Source: Octopus vulgaris (taxonomy: Eukaryota). From it: a DNA stretch of 64,000 bases. The position numbers and the translations under genes were made by a program. The notes below the pieces were generated by a model. That model was not told where the DNA came from, did not search any database, and saw only the letters and a program-made list of their open reading frames with translations. Shown one piece after another: positions 1 through 13,246 of the stretch (positions are counted from its first letter, which is position 1; every line of letters starts with the position of its first letter). The stretch lies in contig OX597826.1 in assembly GCA_951406725.2 (NCBI GenBank), positions 248,001-312,000 of the forward strand, written 5' to 3'.

Positions 1-324
1 GCAGATAGATAGCCGGAGAGCGGCTTACAAAGGACTTGGTGAGTGATGCCAAGACACCCTCAGCCTTCTTGGCAATTGTAGCAATGTGTTTTGTCCAATG
101 CAAATCGCTGTTGACAACAATGCCCAGGTCAAGTTCACAAGAAGACTTTTTGAGATTATTGTGGTGGAAGGAGTAAGTAGACGCTGGGTTTTCCTCCCAA
201 AATGCATGGTGGTACATTTGTCAACAGCCAGCTTGAGTTGCCAGTCCATGACCCACTGGTACATTGTGTCCAGGTCTGATTGCAATAAAGATCTATAGTG
301 TACAGGATCTGACCTCTTTATTTC

Positions 325-326
<2 letters not shown>
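1..326 (-). mobile_element. LINE (CR1/Jockey-group) reverse transcriptase C-terminal fragment, degenerate
   Basis: ORF 25..285 (-) reads LQSDLDTMYQWVMDWQLKLAVDKCTTMHFG, typical of the post-RT region of APE-type LINEs; frameshifted; ends at a (TA)n tract. Confidence 0.7.
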
Positions 327-381
<55 letters not shown>

Positions 382-385
<4 letters not shown>

Positions 386-540
386 ATGTAATATGTGACA
401 ATTATTCGGTAACCATGATAAAACTCGGAGTTTTATCATGGTTACCGAATAATTGTCACACATTACATTTTACAGATAAATTCTTCTATTTACATAATAT
501 CGAGGTCTCTTTCATTCTTTTGTTGTCTTACTGTTTTTAT

Positions 541-545
<5 letters not shown>
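382..545 (+). mobile_element. Short Penelope-associated fragment with a near-perfect fold-back hairpin; same family as 21520-22000
   Basis: 382-426 is the reverse complement of 428-472, centred on aaactc-g-gagttt; the downstream part matches 21881-22000; (TA)n on both sides. Confidence 0.7.
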
Positions 546-591
<46 letters not shown>

Positions 592-734
592 TATATATAT
601 ATATCTTAACTCTTTTACTCGTTTCAACCTTGCGGCTGTCCTCATGCTGGAGCACCACCATGGTCTTTCTGACTTCCTAAGTCTGGGTGTTTCACATCAC
701 CACTCCTGTATGTACATTTTCTCCAGCTATTGGT

Positions 735-925
735 ACATTTGGTGCATAATTGAGTTTGATTCCGCTGCCCTCGTCTGTACCTCATGTCAAGCTGTTGGCT
801 CATCCGGTATTGTGGGGAGGAGGATGTCTAGTTCCTTTTTGAAGACATCTACTTCCACCTTATGCAAATTTCTTAATTTTTGTGGCATGGCATTGAAGAG
901 CTGTGGGTCTATGAACCCTAGACCA
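735..925 (-). mobile_element. LINE ORF2 extreme C-terminal fragment
   Basis: Minus-strand translation PQLFNAMPQKLRNLHKVEVDVFKKELDILLPTIPDEP resembles CR1/Jockey-group ORF2 C-termini. Confidence 0.55.
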
Positions 926-989
926 TATGTATATATATATATGCGTGTGTATATACATATATATATATATATATATATTATTTTCTTTT

Positions 990-1230
990 CATTTACTCTT
1001 TTTATTTGGTTCAGTCATCTGACTGCGGCCATGCTGGAACACCGCCTTTAGTCGAGCAAATTGAACCTAGGACTTATTATTTGTAAGCCTAGTATTTATT
1101 CTATCGGTCTCTTTTTCCGAACCGCTAAGTTACGAGGACGTAAACACCAGCATCGGTTGTCAAGCGATGTTGAAGGAACAAACGCAGGCATACATACATA
1201 CATACATACATACATACATACATACATACA

Positions 1231-1262
<32 letters not shown>

Positions 1263-1400
1263 CGACCTGCTTCTTTCAATTTCCGTCTTCCAAATCCACT
1301 CACAAGGCTTTGGTCGGCCCGAGGTTATAGTTGAAGACACTTGCCCAAGATGCCACGCAGTGGGACTGAACTCAGAACCATGTGGCTGGTAAGCAAGCTA
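990..1400 (-). mobile_element. tRNA-derived SINE family A (internal microsatellite), 5' part eroded
   Basis: Near-identical blocks (gactgcggccatgctgga..., caaatccactcacaaggctttggtcggccc) shared with the copies at 11654, 23328, 36148, 49427 and 54566. Confidence 0.8.
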
Positions 1401-2061
1401 CGTTATTTCAAAAAATTTGTCATTATAGACAGTACAAAGAGTGTGTAGCTTTGCGGGCCGGACAAACACATTAATGAATGAAAATGAAATAAAAAGAATA
1501 AATGAGAGACGAAACCCAACACCCGCCGATTGGATTTTTCTCGAAAACATTTTTTTTTTAATATCAATATGAGGTTTCAAACCTCTTACAAGAAGGAGGC
1601 ACTAAAACTTCTTACTTAACATGTCTTTTTTTTTAAACACACAATTGAGGTTATAAACCACTACAAATAATACAATAAGATGAGGTTTCAAACCCTCTAA
1701 CGAGGCTTTTTCACCTCCTACTTTTCGATATATCCATCGGTATATTCATCATTATCTTCAATGCCGCTTGAGTTCCTGTATCCCGCCATTTCCCATGCCT
1801 CACGCATGTTGGACATGTAAGTCGTGTAAGGGCCACCCGGCCATATGCGACACTCCTCCCCAAATCCTTTAAGCCTTTCCCACAACGGAAACCTTATGAC
1901 CTCCACAGCTATGTGCGGAGGCCATTCGGGATCCCGTGTGAAGAGCATATCTACTGTCTCTTTACACACTCGTCTTTTGTTTTTTGTAAATTCTCACTTT
2001 GTGTGTGTGTTTGTGTGTGTGCGCGCGTGCGCGCGCGCGTGTGTGTGTGTGCGCGCGCATA

Positions 2062-2637
2062 CAGTAATGCCTCGATATAAGAGTTAATTTGTTCTCAGTG
2101 ACTTCTTCTAAAGCAATACAATAATTTCTCATTGTATGTATGTTATAAATCGTATTATCCCAGAAAATATATTTTACCCATAAAATTTTTACATAAAAGA
2201 CATGAAAACAACAATATAATCTAAAGAATATTTTATGTAAAATGCAAAAAGAAAGTGAAGATCATTTATGATAAAAAATGTTATTTATATAATCGTTTTC
2301 TAAGTCACTTTCACACGCACTAGTCCCAAGCAAACCATTACTTGTAGACGCGATCGCCGATTCATTAGCACTCGTACACAGACTTGTAGGCTTCTGTTTA
2401 AAAACAATTCTAGAGTTATTTGATTAGAAAACGTTTTTTTCGCTTTCTATAAATGTCTCGGTAGCATGCAGATCCATTTAGTATGGTAATCGAAGCTTCG
2501 CATGCTACCGAGACATTTATAGAATCGAAGCTTCACACTTCGTTCAAAATTAAGGTTCAGTTTTACCTTTTTATATTTATTATAAAATATAAATCGTAAA
2601 CCTGTAAAGCAGGTCCTCGTAAAATGTAGTATTACTG
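2062..2637. mobile_element. Putative Tc1/pogo-type MITE
   Basis: Imperfect terminal inverted repeats cagtaatgcctcgatataagag / ctcgtaaaatgtagtattactg; left end preceded by TA; no ORF. Confidence 0.45.
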
Positions 2638-2651
2638 AATATATATATATA

Positions 2652-3017
2652 TTTATTAATCATAATAAAGGGTTAATTGCAACAAGTTGCTCAAAACCAC
2701 ATACCGAAAATATTAGAAATGGCTGCCAAATTGGTCACCATTTCTCCTACTAGTAAAAAAGTCTCCACAAACAAACAGAATTTGCAACCCGTATATGGTA
2801 AAGAGAAAGAAGAGACTTTTTTACTAGTAGGAGAAATGGTGACCTATTTGGCTGCCATTTCTAATATTTTCGGTATGTGGTTTTGAGCAACTTGTTGCAA
2901 TTAACCCTTTATTATAATTAATATAATCCTTACCAAATATGGTCTTTTCTATACCGATAAAACTACTAGGTGAAATTTATTAATTTTATTAAATTAATTA
3001 TATTTCACCCTTTTTGT
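2652..3017 (+). mobile_element. Penelope-associated terminal fragment with an inverted 5' arm
   Basis: 2652-2765 is the inverted copy of 2812-2925; carries the gctgccatttctaa...ttcggtatg motif shared with the hammerhead families; (TA)n flanks. Confidence 0.6.
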
Positions 3018-3034
3018 GTATATATATATATATA

Positions 3035-3432
3035 ATAATATAGGGTGAAATTAATTAATTTGGAATAATCATTAATTTCACCAAGTAGATTTCGGCATGT
3101 AAAAGCCCATTCGAGGGAGGTTTAAGTAATACTAAGTAATTAAGGGTTTAGCAACGATTTGCCTCACCACACACTGAATTTAGAAATAGCAGTCAAAGAG
3201 TTCTGACTATTCTTTCTACTTAAAAGGGAGATCTCAGTAAAACCACAGCACTTAAAAGGCAAACAACGCAGGCAAAAGAGAAAGAGATGACGACAATCAT
3301 TCTATATTAAGTCACCTACGGACGTACGTTTCGAAATTAAGTCATAGGAAAGCATAAAAATTACATAATTATGTCTTACCCGACTATTTTTCTCTTCAGC
3401 GTAGGACTCTACAATTATGAATAATTGTGTAT
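3035..3432 (-). mobile_element. Hammerhead-bearing PLE pLTR-like fragment; same family as 30122-30683 and 42551-43118
   Basis: Colinear similarity to the reverse complement of 30270-30680; (TA)n on both sides. Confidence 0.75.
3315..3405 (-). ncRNA. Type I hammerhead ribozyme, canonical core
   Basis: Minus strand: CCTACG-CTGAAGA-GAAA...TTTC-GAAA-CGTACG-TC^CGTAGG; 6-bp helix I, G-C-closed helix II, palindromic helix III, GUC cleavage triplet. Confidence 0.9.
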
Positions 3433-3511
3433 TATATATATATATATATATACACATACATACATACATACATACATACATACATACATACATACATACA
3501 TACATACATAC

Positions 3512-4095
3512 ATCCGACGGGGGCTGGGGGATAGCGGGCCCAGGCTCTTAAATGTAACGGTATTGCCGGCGGTCGATTGGGAAGGATCAAAAGCGATTTT
3601 GACCCTGTGGACCCCATCGGCCGCAACAGATCTGGTTTTTCCAGATTTTGTTTTTTAAATGGCTGGCTGCAGGTATCCGGTGATACTTGAGGGACGTCCC
3701 TCCAAGTGTCACTCGTGCCTGCAGCCAGGCCACACTAAAAAGAACTGCCCCCCCAGGACCATGGTATGGTCCTGGAACAGTCACTGGATGCTACCTTCTC
3801 TACCCGGTCAAAGGGAGAGGTGGATGTGGTCGAGGAGGCTTCAGCCTCCTCAACCCAAAAAGGATTAAAAAGGAAGAAGGCGGGCAACAATAGTTGCCCA
3901 CCGAAGGAACCTAAGGCTTCGGGAGGTGGGGGAGATACTCCGGACAAAGCGGAAGAGCTCCACTCTCCCGAAGTCAGGAAGAAAAGAAAAAAATGAAAGA
4001 AGAATGGGTCATCGCAGTGGGGAGATGATGTGCCGTCTGCATGTCCTAAAGTTGTGCCACCCACGGTGGAAGAAACGACCCCCCACCCTTAAAGA
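3512..4095 (+). mobile_element. Non-LTR retrotransposon ORF1 (gag-like, L1/Tx1-type) fragment
   Basis: CCHC zinc knuckle in ...YPVILEGRPSKCHSCLQPGHTKKNCPP, followed by a basic low-complexity tail; frameshifted. Confidence 0.6.
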
Positions 4096-4149
4096 TGATG
4101 ATACATACATACATATATATCGGCGTACGTACACTTTGGTCTCTTGTAT

Positions 4150-4895
4150 GTAAGTATATATTTATCTAAATCTTGTACGACTCTATTCTTTCTATTATTC
4201 TTTCCTTCTTTCTATCAGCCCTTTCACGCTTACTTTGTTCATTCCACTCTTCGTTCTTTCGTTCCCCCTCTCTCACATTTCCTTGCTTTCTCTTCATGTT
4301 CACTTTCCGTCCTCTTTTCACTTCACTGTGTCCCCGTCATTTTTACTTGCCCCTCCTTATTTCTTCTGTTCCTCTGTCTCTAATTCCCTCTCTTCTCTCC
4401 CCACGTGACCGGTGTTCGGCCAAGCCTGACCTTTTTTTCTTGGTTCGGCCGCCGTCCGTGCAACATCTGTATTCCTCCCTGGGCCTGTGAAATCTTGTAT
4501 CCCTGCCGTAAGTCTTAACTTCCACACATACCAGCTTAATTTAATTCGTCCTTAGTCGAAAGACACCTGTTGTTATGTCCTGTTATTTGTATTTGTGTAA
4601 CATTCCCCGTTTTTTTGTCCTTGTTTTCATATACATTCACTGCTTTCTTCCAAAGAATCTAATGCTCTTAGCTTAGTTTTTCTTTAGGGCTGGCTAGATT
4701 GGAGCAATCTCGTGTATAACCAGCTGAAATTGCAAAGATAATTTCAAGCTCAACTGAGAAAAGAAAACTCCAAATGACCCGTCCTTGTTTTCTTTGTATC
4801 GTCTGTCTCGATGTTTTGTTGTCCCTTTTTTGTATCACCTGCCTGTATGTTTTGTGTTCTTGTCCCATTTTGTATTTTTTATATATAAAACATAT
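4150..4895 (+). repeat. Interspersed repeat family, also at 15820-16070 (-), 24170-24835 (+), 35200-35690, 48300-48960 and 53592-54095
   Basis: Shared blocks cgactctat..., cacgtgac, gacacctgt, gaatctaatgc, ggctggc..gattggagcaatctc, gaaattgc. Confidence 0.65.
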
Positions 4896-4938
4896 AGCGG
4901 CGTACGTACACCTTGGTCCCTATACACACACACACACG

Positions 4939-5039
<101 letters not shown>

Positions 5040-5386
5040 TTATATTGACTTAGAAATACTTGCTGGTTAGAGAGTTATAGCGTAAGGGAGATAATTGTAA
5101 ATATATAAAAAATATATGAAGGAAAAATTCATTCACATGGAACACACACGTATCCACCTACACAAAACATATAAATACTATTTTTGCACAAATAGACTTT
5201 AAAATACATCGACATGTCGCTGTTTCTTTTTCTCTTCTTTTTTCTCATTTACAATTTACTTGCAAATATCCGGTCAGTTTGTCCTTATTAGCCTATTTGT
5301 TTTTCCTTTTAGATTTTATTTGTGGTAATATCTTTTTTGATGTTTTCCTTAAAATGTTTACACTGACGAGAATGACAATACATAAA

Positions 5387-5456
<70 letters not shown>

Positions 5457-5459
<3 letters not shown>

Positions 5460-7207
5460 TAGTTTTATTTTTATAGCGTGCTTTCACTTCACTACAGAGC
5501 GCAGCTCTGTGTGCCTTGGGTATGTGCTGTGATTTGTTGTGATGCTCTGATGGTTATTGTATGGAAAGTGTTCTGCGTAGGATGTGTGCAGTGCCTAGTA
5601 GTGCAATTTTCTGTATGTTATATGTGTTTGTAAGTCCTGGTGTTTTTGTTATGTATTTGTCTGAATATTTTTTTATCATGCCTAATGCAGCTACTATGAT
5701 AGGAATTGTTTCTGTTTTCAGATTCCACATTCTAGTTACCTCTATTTCCAGGTCTTTGTATTTTGAGAGTTTCTCCATTTCTTTTAGAGACACGTTGTCA
5801 TCTGCCGGTATTGATACATCAATTAGAAAGCATTTTTTTTCTTCATGATCTCTGACAACTATATCTGGTCTGTTGGCCTTAATTTCTCTATCTGTGTGTA
5901 TCGGCATATCCCAGAGTATGGTTGCTTTCTCGTTTTCTGTGACCTTTTCTGGTGTGTGCCTATACCATCTTTTTTCTGTTGTTATTCCATAATGTTGGCA
6001 TAGCTTCCAATGTATGTAGGTTCCTACTCTGTCATGTCTGTGAATATATTCCTTCTTAGCCAGGACTGGGCAGCTAGAGATAATATGATTTATTGTTTCT
6101 TGTCCATCTCCACATATTCTGCAGTTACATGTAATATTTCTTTTCATTACATGTTTTTGGTAATTTCTGGTGGGGAGGCTTTGGTCTTGTGCTGCAATTA
6201 AAAATCCCTCTGTTTCTGCTTTGAGTCCTGAGCTTCTCAACCATTGCTGGGATTTTTCTTTGTCTATTTCTTTTACGTTTAGTTTAGTGCAGTATTTACC
6301 ATGAAGGGGCTTTTCTTGCCATCGTTTTATCATGGTTCGTTGCTGTTCTATTTTTAGTTTGGATTTCATTTGTTTTATAGCTTTTGTTGTTTCTTCATCA
6401 TCTTCTTCTTCTTCTTCTTCTTCTTCTTCTTCTTCTTCTTCTTCTTCATGTTTATTAGGTGGTATGATTTCTTGTTTGTATTTGTCAGCTTCCTTAAATA
6501 CTGAGAACAGTTTTTTGTTTTGCTCGTGTTTTGCTGCTATCTGGATCAGTTTTCCTTCCTTCTGAAGTAGATATTTTTGCAGTCCTATGGTGGTTATTTT
6601 ATAGTAGTTTTCCAGCTGTATAAGGCCTCTACCACCTTCTATACGTTGTATATATAGTCTTTCTATGTCAGATTTTGGGTGATGCATCCTAGATCCTGTC
6701 ATTATTTTTCTTGTTTTCCTATCTATTTTGGACAGTTCATTTCGTGTCCAGTTAAGGATATTGTAGCTGTAACTTATAACTGGGACAGCTAAAGTGTTGA
6801 TACCTATTATCTTGTTTTTAGCATTGAGCTCTGTTTTTAGTATTGATCTAACTCGTCTATAATATTCTTTTTTATTTTCTCTTTCATTTGTGTGTGTTGT
6901 GTCTTATCTAGTTCATGGATTCCTAAGTATTTGTAAGTTTGGCTTTGGTCTAATTCTTTTATTTCATTGGTTTTATCTAGTGTGATGTTGTTACTCTTAA
7001 CTAGTTTCCCTCTTTTCATGGTTACTTTGGCGCATTTTTCTAATCCAAATTTCATATCTATTTCTTTGGTAAATCCATGAACTGTCTTTAATAGTGTTTC
7101 CAGCTGTTTGTCATTTGCAGTGTATAGTTTTAGGTCATCCATATATAAAAGATGGCTGATCGTTTTGCCGTAACATTTATATCCGCATCCAGTTCTATTT
7201 AGCATTA
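5457..7207 (-). mobile_element. Dong/R4-clade RLE non-LTR retrotransposon, lineage A, 5'-truncated (RT C-half + CCHC + restriction-like endonuclease)
   Basis: HLLYMDDLKL (6837..7205), then ORF 5554..6702 with CRICGDGQETINHIISSC, RHD, RPDIVV..LIDVS, KLSKY; both ends abut (TAA)n. Confidence 0.92.
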
Positions 7208-7221
7208 CCAGTTCTATTTAG

Positions 7222-7273
<52 letters not shown>

Positions 7274-7466
7274 ATTAATATTTTTTATTGCAGATTTCTA
7301 TTGCTCTTTGAAACGGTCGTATGTGGATATTAAAGTCTATTTTGAACTTTTAACATCTCTTCTCCATTTTTATAATTGTTCATAGTGTTTTATATGAGAT
7401 TTTATCTTATACATGCCTATAACGAACTTTTTACACACACACACACACACACACATATATAATACA

Positions 7467-7524
<58 letters not shown>

Positions 7525-8513
7525 AATGCATACACACACATACATACATACATACACTTTCAACTAGCAACCAGCGAGCGAACTTGTCACTACCACTACA
7601 ATTACCGTATTTTGTAGCGTATAAGCCGCTATTTGTCTTGTTTTACCTTCATGTTTTGATAATGCTTTTTGTTATCTAATAAAGACTTTTACATTGACGG
7701 AATGTGTTTGTTGTTGATTATAGTAAGATAAAATCATGACAATAACAATACATCTGATACTTGTAAAATAAGGCATTTTGAAACTACATATACGTCAACA
7801 ACAAAAAACTAGGTGCGGACTCGTTGCTCTATAGGTCTTTTAAACACCGGTGCGCTCTATGTCTGTGAATAAAACACCGATGTGGGGCAACCAAATAAAT
7901 ATATGTAAATAATATTTCTTCCTTCTTGGTATTGATTCGTCGGACAGAGTGGTGACATATAGTAGAGGTGACCCGGAAGTTGTTCCTCTTCGATCATTAT
8001 CGCAAATAGTAGTAACTTTCTTCAACCGAATACACGTCGTTGATTGGTGGTTGAAATACGACAACTTTAACACGAAATAACTTCTAAAATACGAAATTTT
8101 TGTCAAAAACTTTCAAAGTAAACCCTGTTCTACGTGAGAAATTCTACCAGTTTCGAAGTTTCAAGCTATTTAGTTAAAAAAAAAAAATTAATCAAAAATC
8201 TGTGAACGAGATGGAATAGATCCGTATAATATTTACAAATTAAAAATTTGTTAAAATAAATAAATAAAATAAAATAAATAAATTATATATATATGTATAT
8301 ATATATATATAGATGCAGCACGGACTTTGTCAGTGAACAGGTCGCGGATTTTAGCGACGAAAATATTTTGACAAATTAGACTTAAATGTTGAAGTGAATC
8401 GAACGGCTTTTGTGTGTTTCTTAAATGGCTTATAAACACCTTCCACGCTGCAATTGTTTTCGTTTCAGCACACGATCTCAGATCAAATTACTTGCTATGC
8501 GAGTACATCTCCG

Positions 8514-8571
<58 letters not shown>

Positions 8572-8706
8572 ATATACGCAAAGCTAGAACATCCCAATGC
8601 TACATATATATATACCTCAACATTTGTAGAGATAAGCCACATTTGGAATAAAAATGCAAATTCTCCGCTTTACCTTCAGGCATTCAGTTTGGGAGAGAAT
8701 CCCTTG

Positions 8707-8747
<41 letters not shown>

Positions 8748-9028
8748 GTACGTGCGTGCGTGCGTGCGTGCATGTGTGTGTTTTTGGGAATATGTCCACG
8801 TTTATACTGTGTAACTTCGATGTTTTGGCTTGAAAATCACGCTTGTTTCAATTTCATGTTTTTGCTTTAGAGAACATTAGTATAACACTTACAAAGTAAA
8901 AGAAGCACTCAATATTTAGAACATCTCAATGCCACACATATACACCTGAATATTTACTGAGATGAGCCTTATGTTTCCGATATTTGAGTTATATTTAGAA
9001 TACAAAATGTACTGTCTCTGCTTTTCTT

Positions 9029-9370
9029 TCAAACATTTAATTTTGGAGAGAATTTTTTCATGAAATGTAATTCCATTGCTCTTCGGTATTGTGGATCGTC
9101 CCGTGCACATTTGTAAAAGGGAAAAATTTTGAATTTTCCGTCACTGCATATTTCCAGAAGCTTACTTAATGAAATCTTGCGAAATTCCTCTTGTCGGATA
9201 TGTTGCCTATGGATTCTTACAGAAGGAATTATTTGTTTCGCCAATGTAATTCTCTGTGCAGTTTGGGCAGGTAATGAAGTATATGAGGTTTTGCGTTTGC
9301 AGTTCATATCTGCATTTATTTTGAAAAGTGGTCCGTGTATATTCTTGCGGAATTTCATGCAAAGTTTCAT
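9029..9370 (-). mobile_element. Penelope-like element GIY-YIG endonuclease C-terminal remnant
   Basis: RIHRQHIRQEEFRKISLSKLLEICSDGKFKIFPFYK...RRAMELHFMKKFSPKLN resembles the end of a PLE endonuclease domain. Confidence 0.65.
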
Positions 9371-9711
9371 GCAATAATCTCAAAAGAGAATATTCGTCAT
9401 CTAATCAGTAATATGCCTGATAAGGTTCTTGCATTGAAAAATGCAAAGGGTTATGTCTACTAAATATTAGATATTCACATTATTATAATTAATAAATAAT
9501 TGGAATGTATATTTTCTGATTTAAATAAATTTTAGCGATTATAAAGGTGTGTGTTTACTTCTGTCATGTCTGTATATATGTGCATGCGTGTGTGCTTGCG
9601 TGTGTGTGTGTGTGTGTGTGTGTGTGCACATGCAACGTGCACTGACATATTATGTGTACACGCACGCACATATGCATACACACATTGACGCAGATGCATA
9701 TATACATACAT

Positions 9712-9746
<35 letters not shown>

Positions 9747-10380
9747 TAAAAGAACAAAGACGCGTTTATACGCGGACACAACACGAACGCACACACGCAT
9801 ACATGATATGCGTGCATATAAAATAATATCGAAGAACAAAAACATGCATACATACACACACACACACATACATATATAAAAAGTACAAATTAATGAGAAA
9901 GACACCACAAACACAAACACACACGCACATGGTCTGAGAGCCATTGAGTTAGTAACTGAAATATGAAACTGCCAACTGTTTTGGGTTTGAGATTATTTCC
10001 TAGAATTTTCTCTGTTGCAGTTCGTTATTTAGTTTTTCAGTCATGGTTCGAATTCCTTTTGACCGTAGACGTAGGTCTACTAAATAACAACAGTAACAGC
10101 CATAATTTCAACAACAATACCAACAACGTCAGCACAACAAGCAGCAACATCAAAGGTAAGGAAAATTTAATTACGTATATTGGAGAACAACTTGACGAGA
10201 AATGCGAGGCTTTTGTGTTGTAAGCGTCATTTTTGTTCATGAGCAAATCAATGAACTCATTAACACTTGTTAAAGTTCATTACCCCTCATTAAAAACACG
10301 TGACAAAGAAAGTGATTTTATGTGGTCGATCAGCATACTAAAAGTAGTTACCAAATCACCTTGACATCCCGTCTTAAAAA

Positions 10381-10466
<86 letters not shown>

Positions 10467-10519
10467 TAATAATACAGGAAAAGAAGTAAGCACGCGTTAG
10501 TGGTGGACTGTAGAGTTTT

Positions 10520-11097
10520 AGATATGAAATGGAGCACACAAACCACTTTTGAAAAGTGATAGAATTTTTTTTATCACCTTTGCATATTAAACTTGAATAC
10601 TTTAAGCAATTTGTGAAAGCCTTAGTCAAGGAATCCTCCGCATTGGCATATCTTTCAGAAACGTTCCCTTCCCTGAGTCAAGCTAAAATGAAACAAGGTT
10701 TCTTCATAGGTCCCCAAATTCGAAAAAAATTAACTTTATGAAAACTTCGTCAAACATCTCAAGAGAAATGAGAAGCTTGCCTTTGAGTCATTCAAGAAAG
10801 TTTGCGATAACTTCCTGGACAACTATTCAAGTTGTGAATGATCTGCTGAGTCATTATCATGATATGGGATGTAACATGTCTCTAAAAGTTCATGTGCTTC
10901 ACTCTCATTTGGATTTTTTTGCGGAAAATATTGGTGATGTTAGTGACGAACATGGCGAAAGATTCCCTCAGGATATTTCAGTAATGGAGCGACGATTCAA
11001 AGGAAAATGGAACCCTGGCATGTTGGCAGACTACTGCTGGGGTATACAAAAAGATCACACTCCGCACAAGAGGCTTAGAAGGAAAAAAGTTGTTTAA
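10520..11097 (+). mobile_element. Chapaev3-like (CMC) DNA transposase remnant
   Basis: PLHIKL..KQFVKAL, FIGPQIRK, MGCNMSLKVHVLHSHLDFF, SDEHGERFPQDI..MERRFKGKWNPGMLADYCW; frameshifted. Confidence 0.75.
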
Positions 11098-11438
11098 ACT
11101 GATAGGTGTGTTTTTAATTCATAACCAATATATGTTTTGTTATACCAACTAAATTTTTATTTTGGTTTTTGTAACTTTCAGTATTTGCAATGTTTGGCTC
11201 AATACGCAGTATTATGCAACATATTATAAAACATATGGTTCATGGTACAGGAAAACGGTGCCTAATCTGGAGAAATAAACGTTAGAATCAGAACCAGGAC
11301 AATTTTTTGACCCAGAAACAAGTCTTAACTTGTACTTTTTTTGAACCTGAAATTTGTTGCACAGTTATCGAACTATTACATCAGAACTGCTGACTGGCAT
11401 GGAGTTAAGCTGCTGCTGGTGTTGCTACAACAACAACA

Positions 11439-11492
<54 letters not shown>

Positions 11493-11653
11493 GCTACTAC
11501 TACTACGATAACATAAATAGTAGCAGCAGCCATGGAAGTAGTAGTAGTAGTAGCAGTACACCATGCCAGTCCTGATAAGGAACAGACTGGTGACCAAAGT
11601 CGTTCCAATTATGATCATCCGTGAGTATATATATATATATATATATATACATA

Positions 11654-11745
11654 GGCGCAGGAGTGGCTGTGTGGTAAGTAGCTTCGGGCCGACCAAAGCC
11701 TTGTGAGTGGATTTGATTGACAGAAACTGAAAGAAGCCCGTCGTA

Positions 11746-11830
<85 letters not shown>

Positions 11831-12040
11831 TTGTGTGTCTGTTTGTCCCCCTAGCATTGCTTGACAACCGATGCTGGTGTGTTTACGTCGCCATCACTTA
11901 GCGGTTCGGCAAAAGAGACCGATAGAATAAGTACTGGGCTTACAAAGAATAAGTCCCGGGGTCGATTTGTTCGACTAAAGGCGGTGCTCCAGCATGGCCG
12001 CAGTCAAATGACTGAAACAAATTAAAGAGTAAAAGAGTAA
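11654..12040 (+). mobile_element. SINE family A with internal deletion
   Basis: Head ggcgcaggagtggctgtgtggtaag; body and aagagt tail match the other copies. Confidence 0.8.
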
Positions 12041-12091
12041 TATATAAATATATATATACACACATATATATATATATAAATACATATACAT

Positions 12092-12122
<31 letters not shown>

Positions 12123-12173
12123 CATATATATACATACATACACGCACAAATACACACACACATACACACACAC

Positions 12174-12208
<35 letters not shown>

Positions 12209-12301
12209 ATCCAAACAAGAAAGCACAAAAAACACAACAACGCGAGGACGTGGAACAAACATAGTATTATTGGACGCTCAGGAAAGAAGGAAAGAAGGAG
12301 G

Positions 12302-12336
12302 GTTTAACGTTTCGAGCGGAGCTCTTCGTCGGAAAC
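12302..12336 (-). ncRNA. Minimal type I hammerhead-like motif (U4C core variant) in a short element at 12205-12406
   Basis: Minus strand: GTTT-CCGACGA-A-GAGCtccGCTC-GAAA-CG-TT^AAAC; helix III is the palindrome AACGTT. Confidence 0.6.
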
Positions 12337-12403
12337 ATAGGAGAAGGAAAGATCTAGAGAAGGGAAGACAGAGGGAAAAAAATTGCCAACGGTACACACG
12401 CGG

Positions 12404-12538
<135 letters not shown>

Positions 12539-13074
12539 CAGATATATATGTGTGTGTGTGTGTGTGAAAGACAGCGGAATGTAATCTCCATGAGATTTCA
12601 ACCTACTATTTATAGTAGACTGAATGACCATGTAAAAGATACTGCATTGTCAAGTGATGTTAATGAGAGTTAATAAGCATTAATGAGTGCTAATGAGTTA
12701 ATTGATTGGTTCACAAGCACACAAGCAATGGCGCTTAGAAATTAAAATTCGAACAATCACACCGACCAGGTTTCGTTTAATACCCGTTACTTCATTTTTC
12801 TTATATGCATTTACTGTTTTTGCAATATAATAAATAGTCTTATAATCAAATCAATCAAGCCATTACCATCACAGTGATCTGAGTGTACATTGTCAACTGT
12901 GCCCTTCCTTAGTGCCCTTCCAAATTAATATGTAATATTTGCGCCCGAAAATCGAAATCGTGCGCCGCCATAGTCACTATACTCTGCAAACTTAAAATAC
13001 TATTTCACGTGCTCTGTGCTGCCTGCAATATATATATATATATTTTATATATATACATACACACATACATACAT

Positions 13075-13108
<34 letters not shown>

Positions 13109-13139
13109 TCTATATATATACATACACACATACATACAT

Positions 13140-13191
<52 letters not shown>

Positions 13192-13246
13192 GTATACATA
13201 CATGCATTTATACATACACACACATATATTTATACATACATATATA

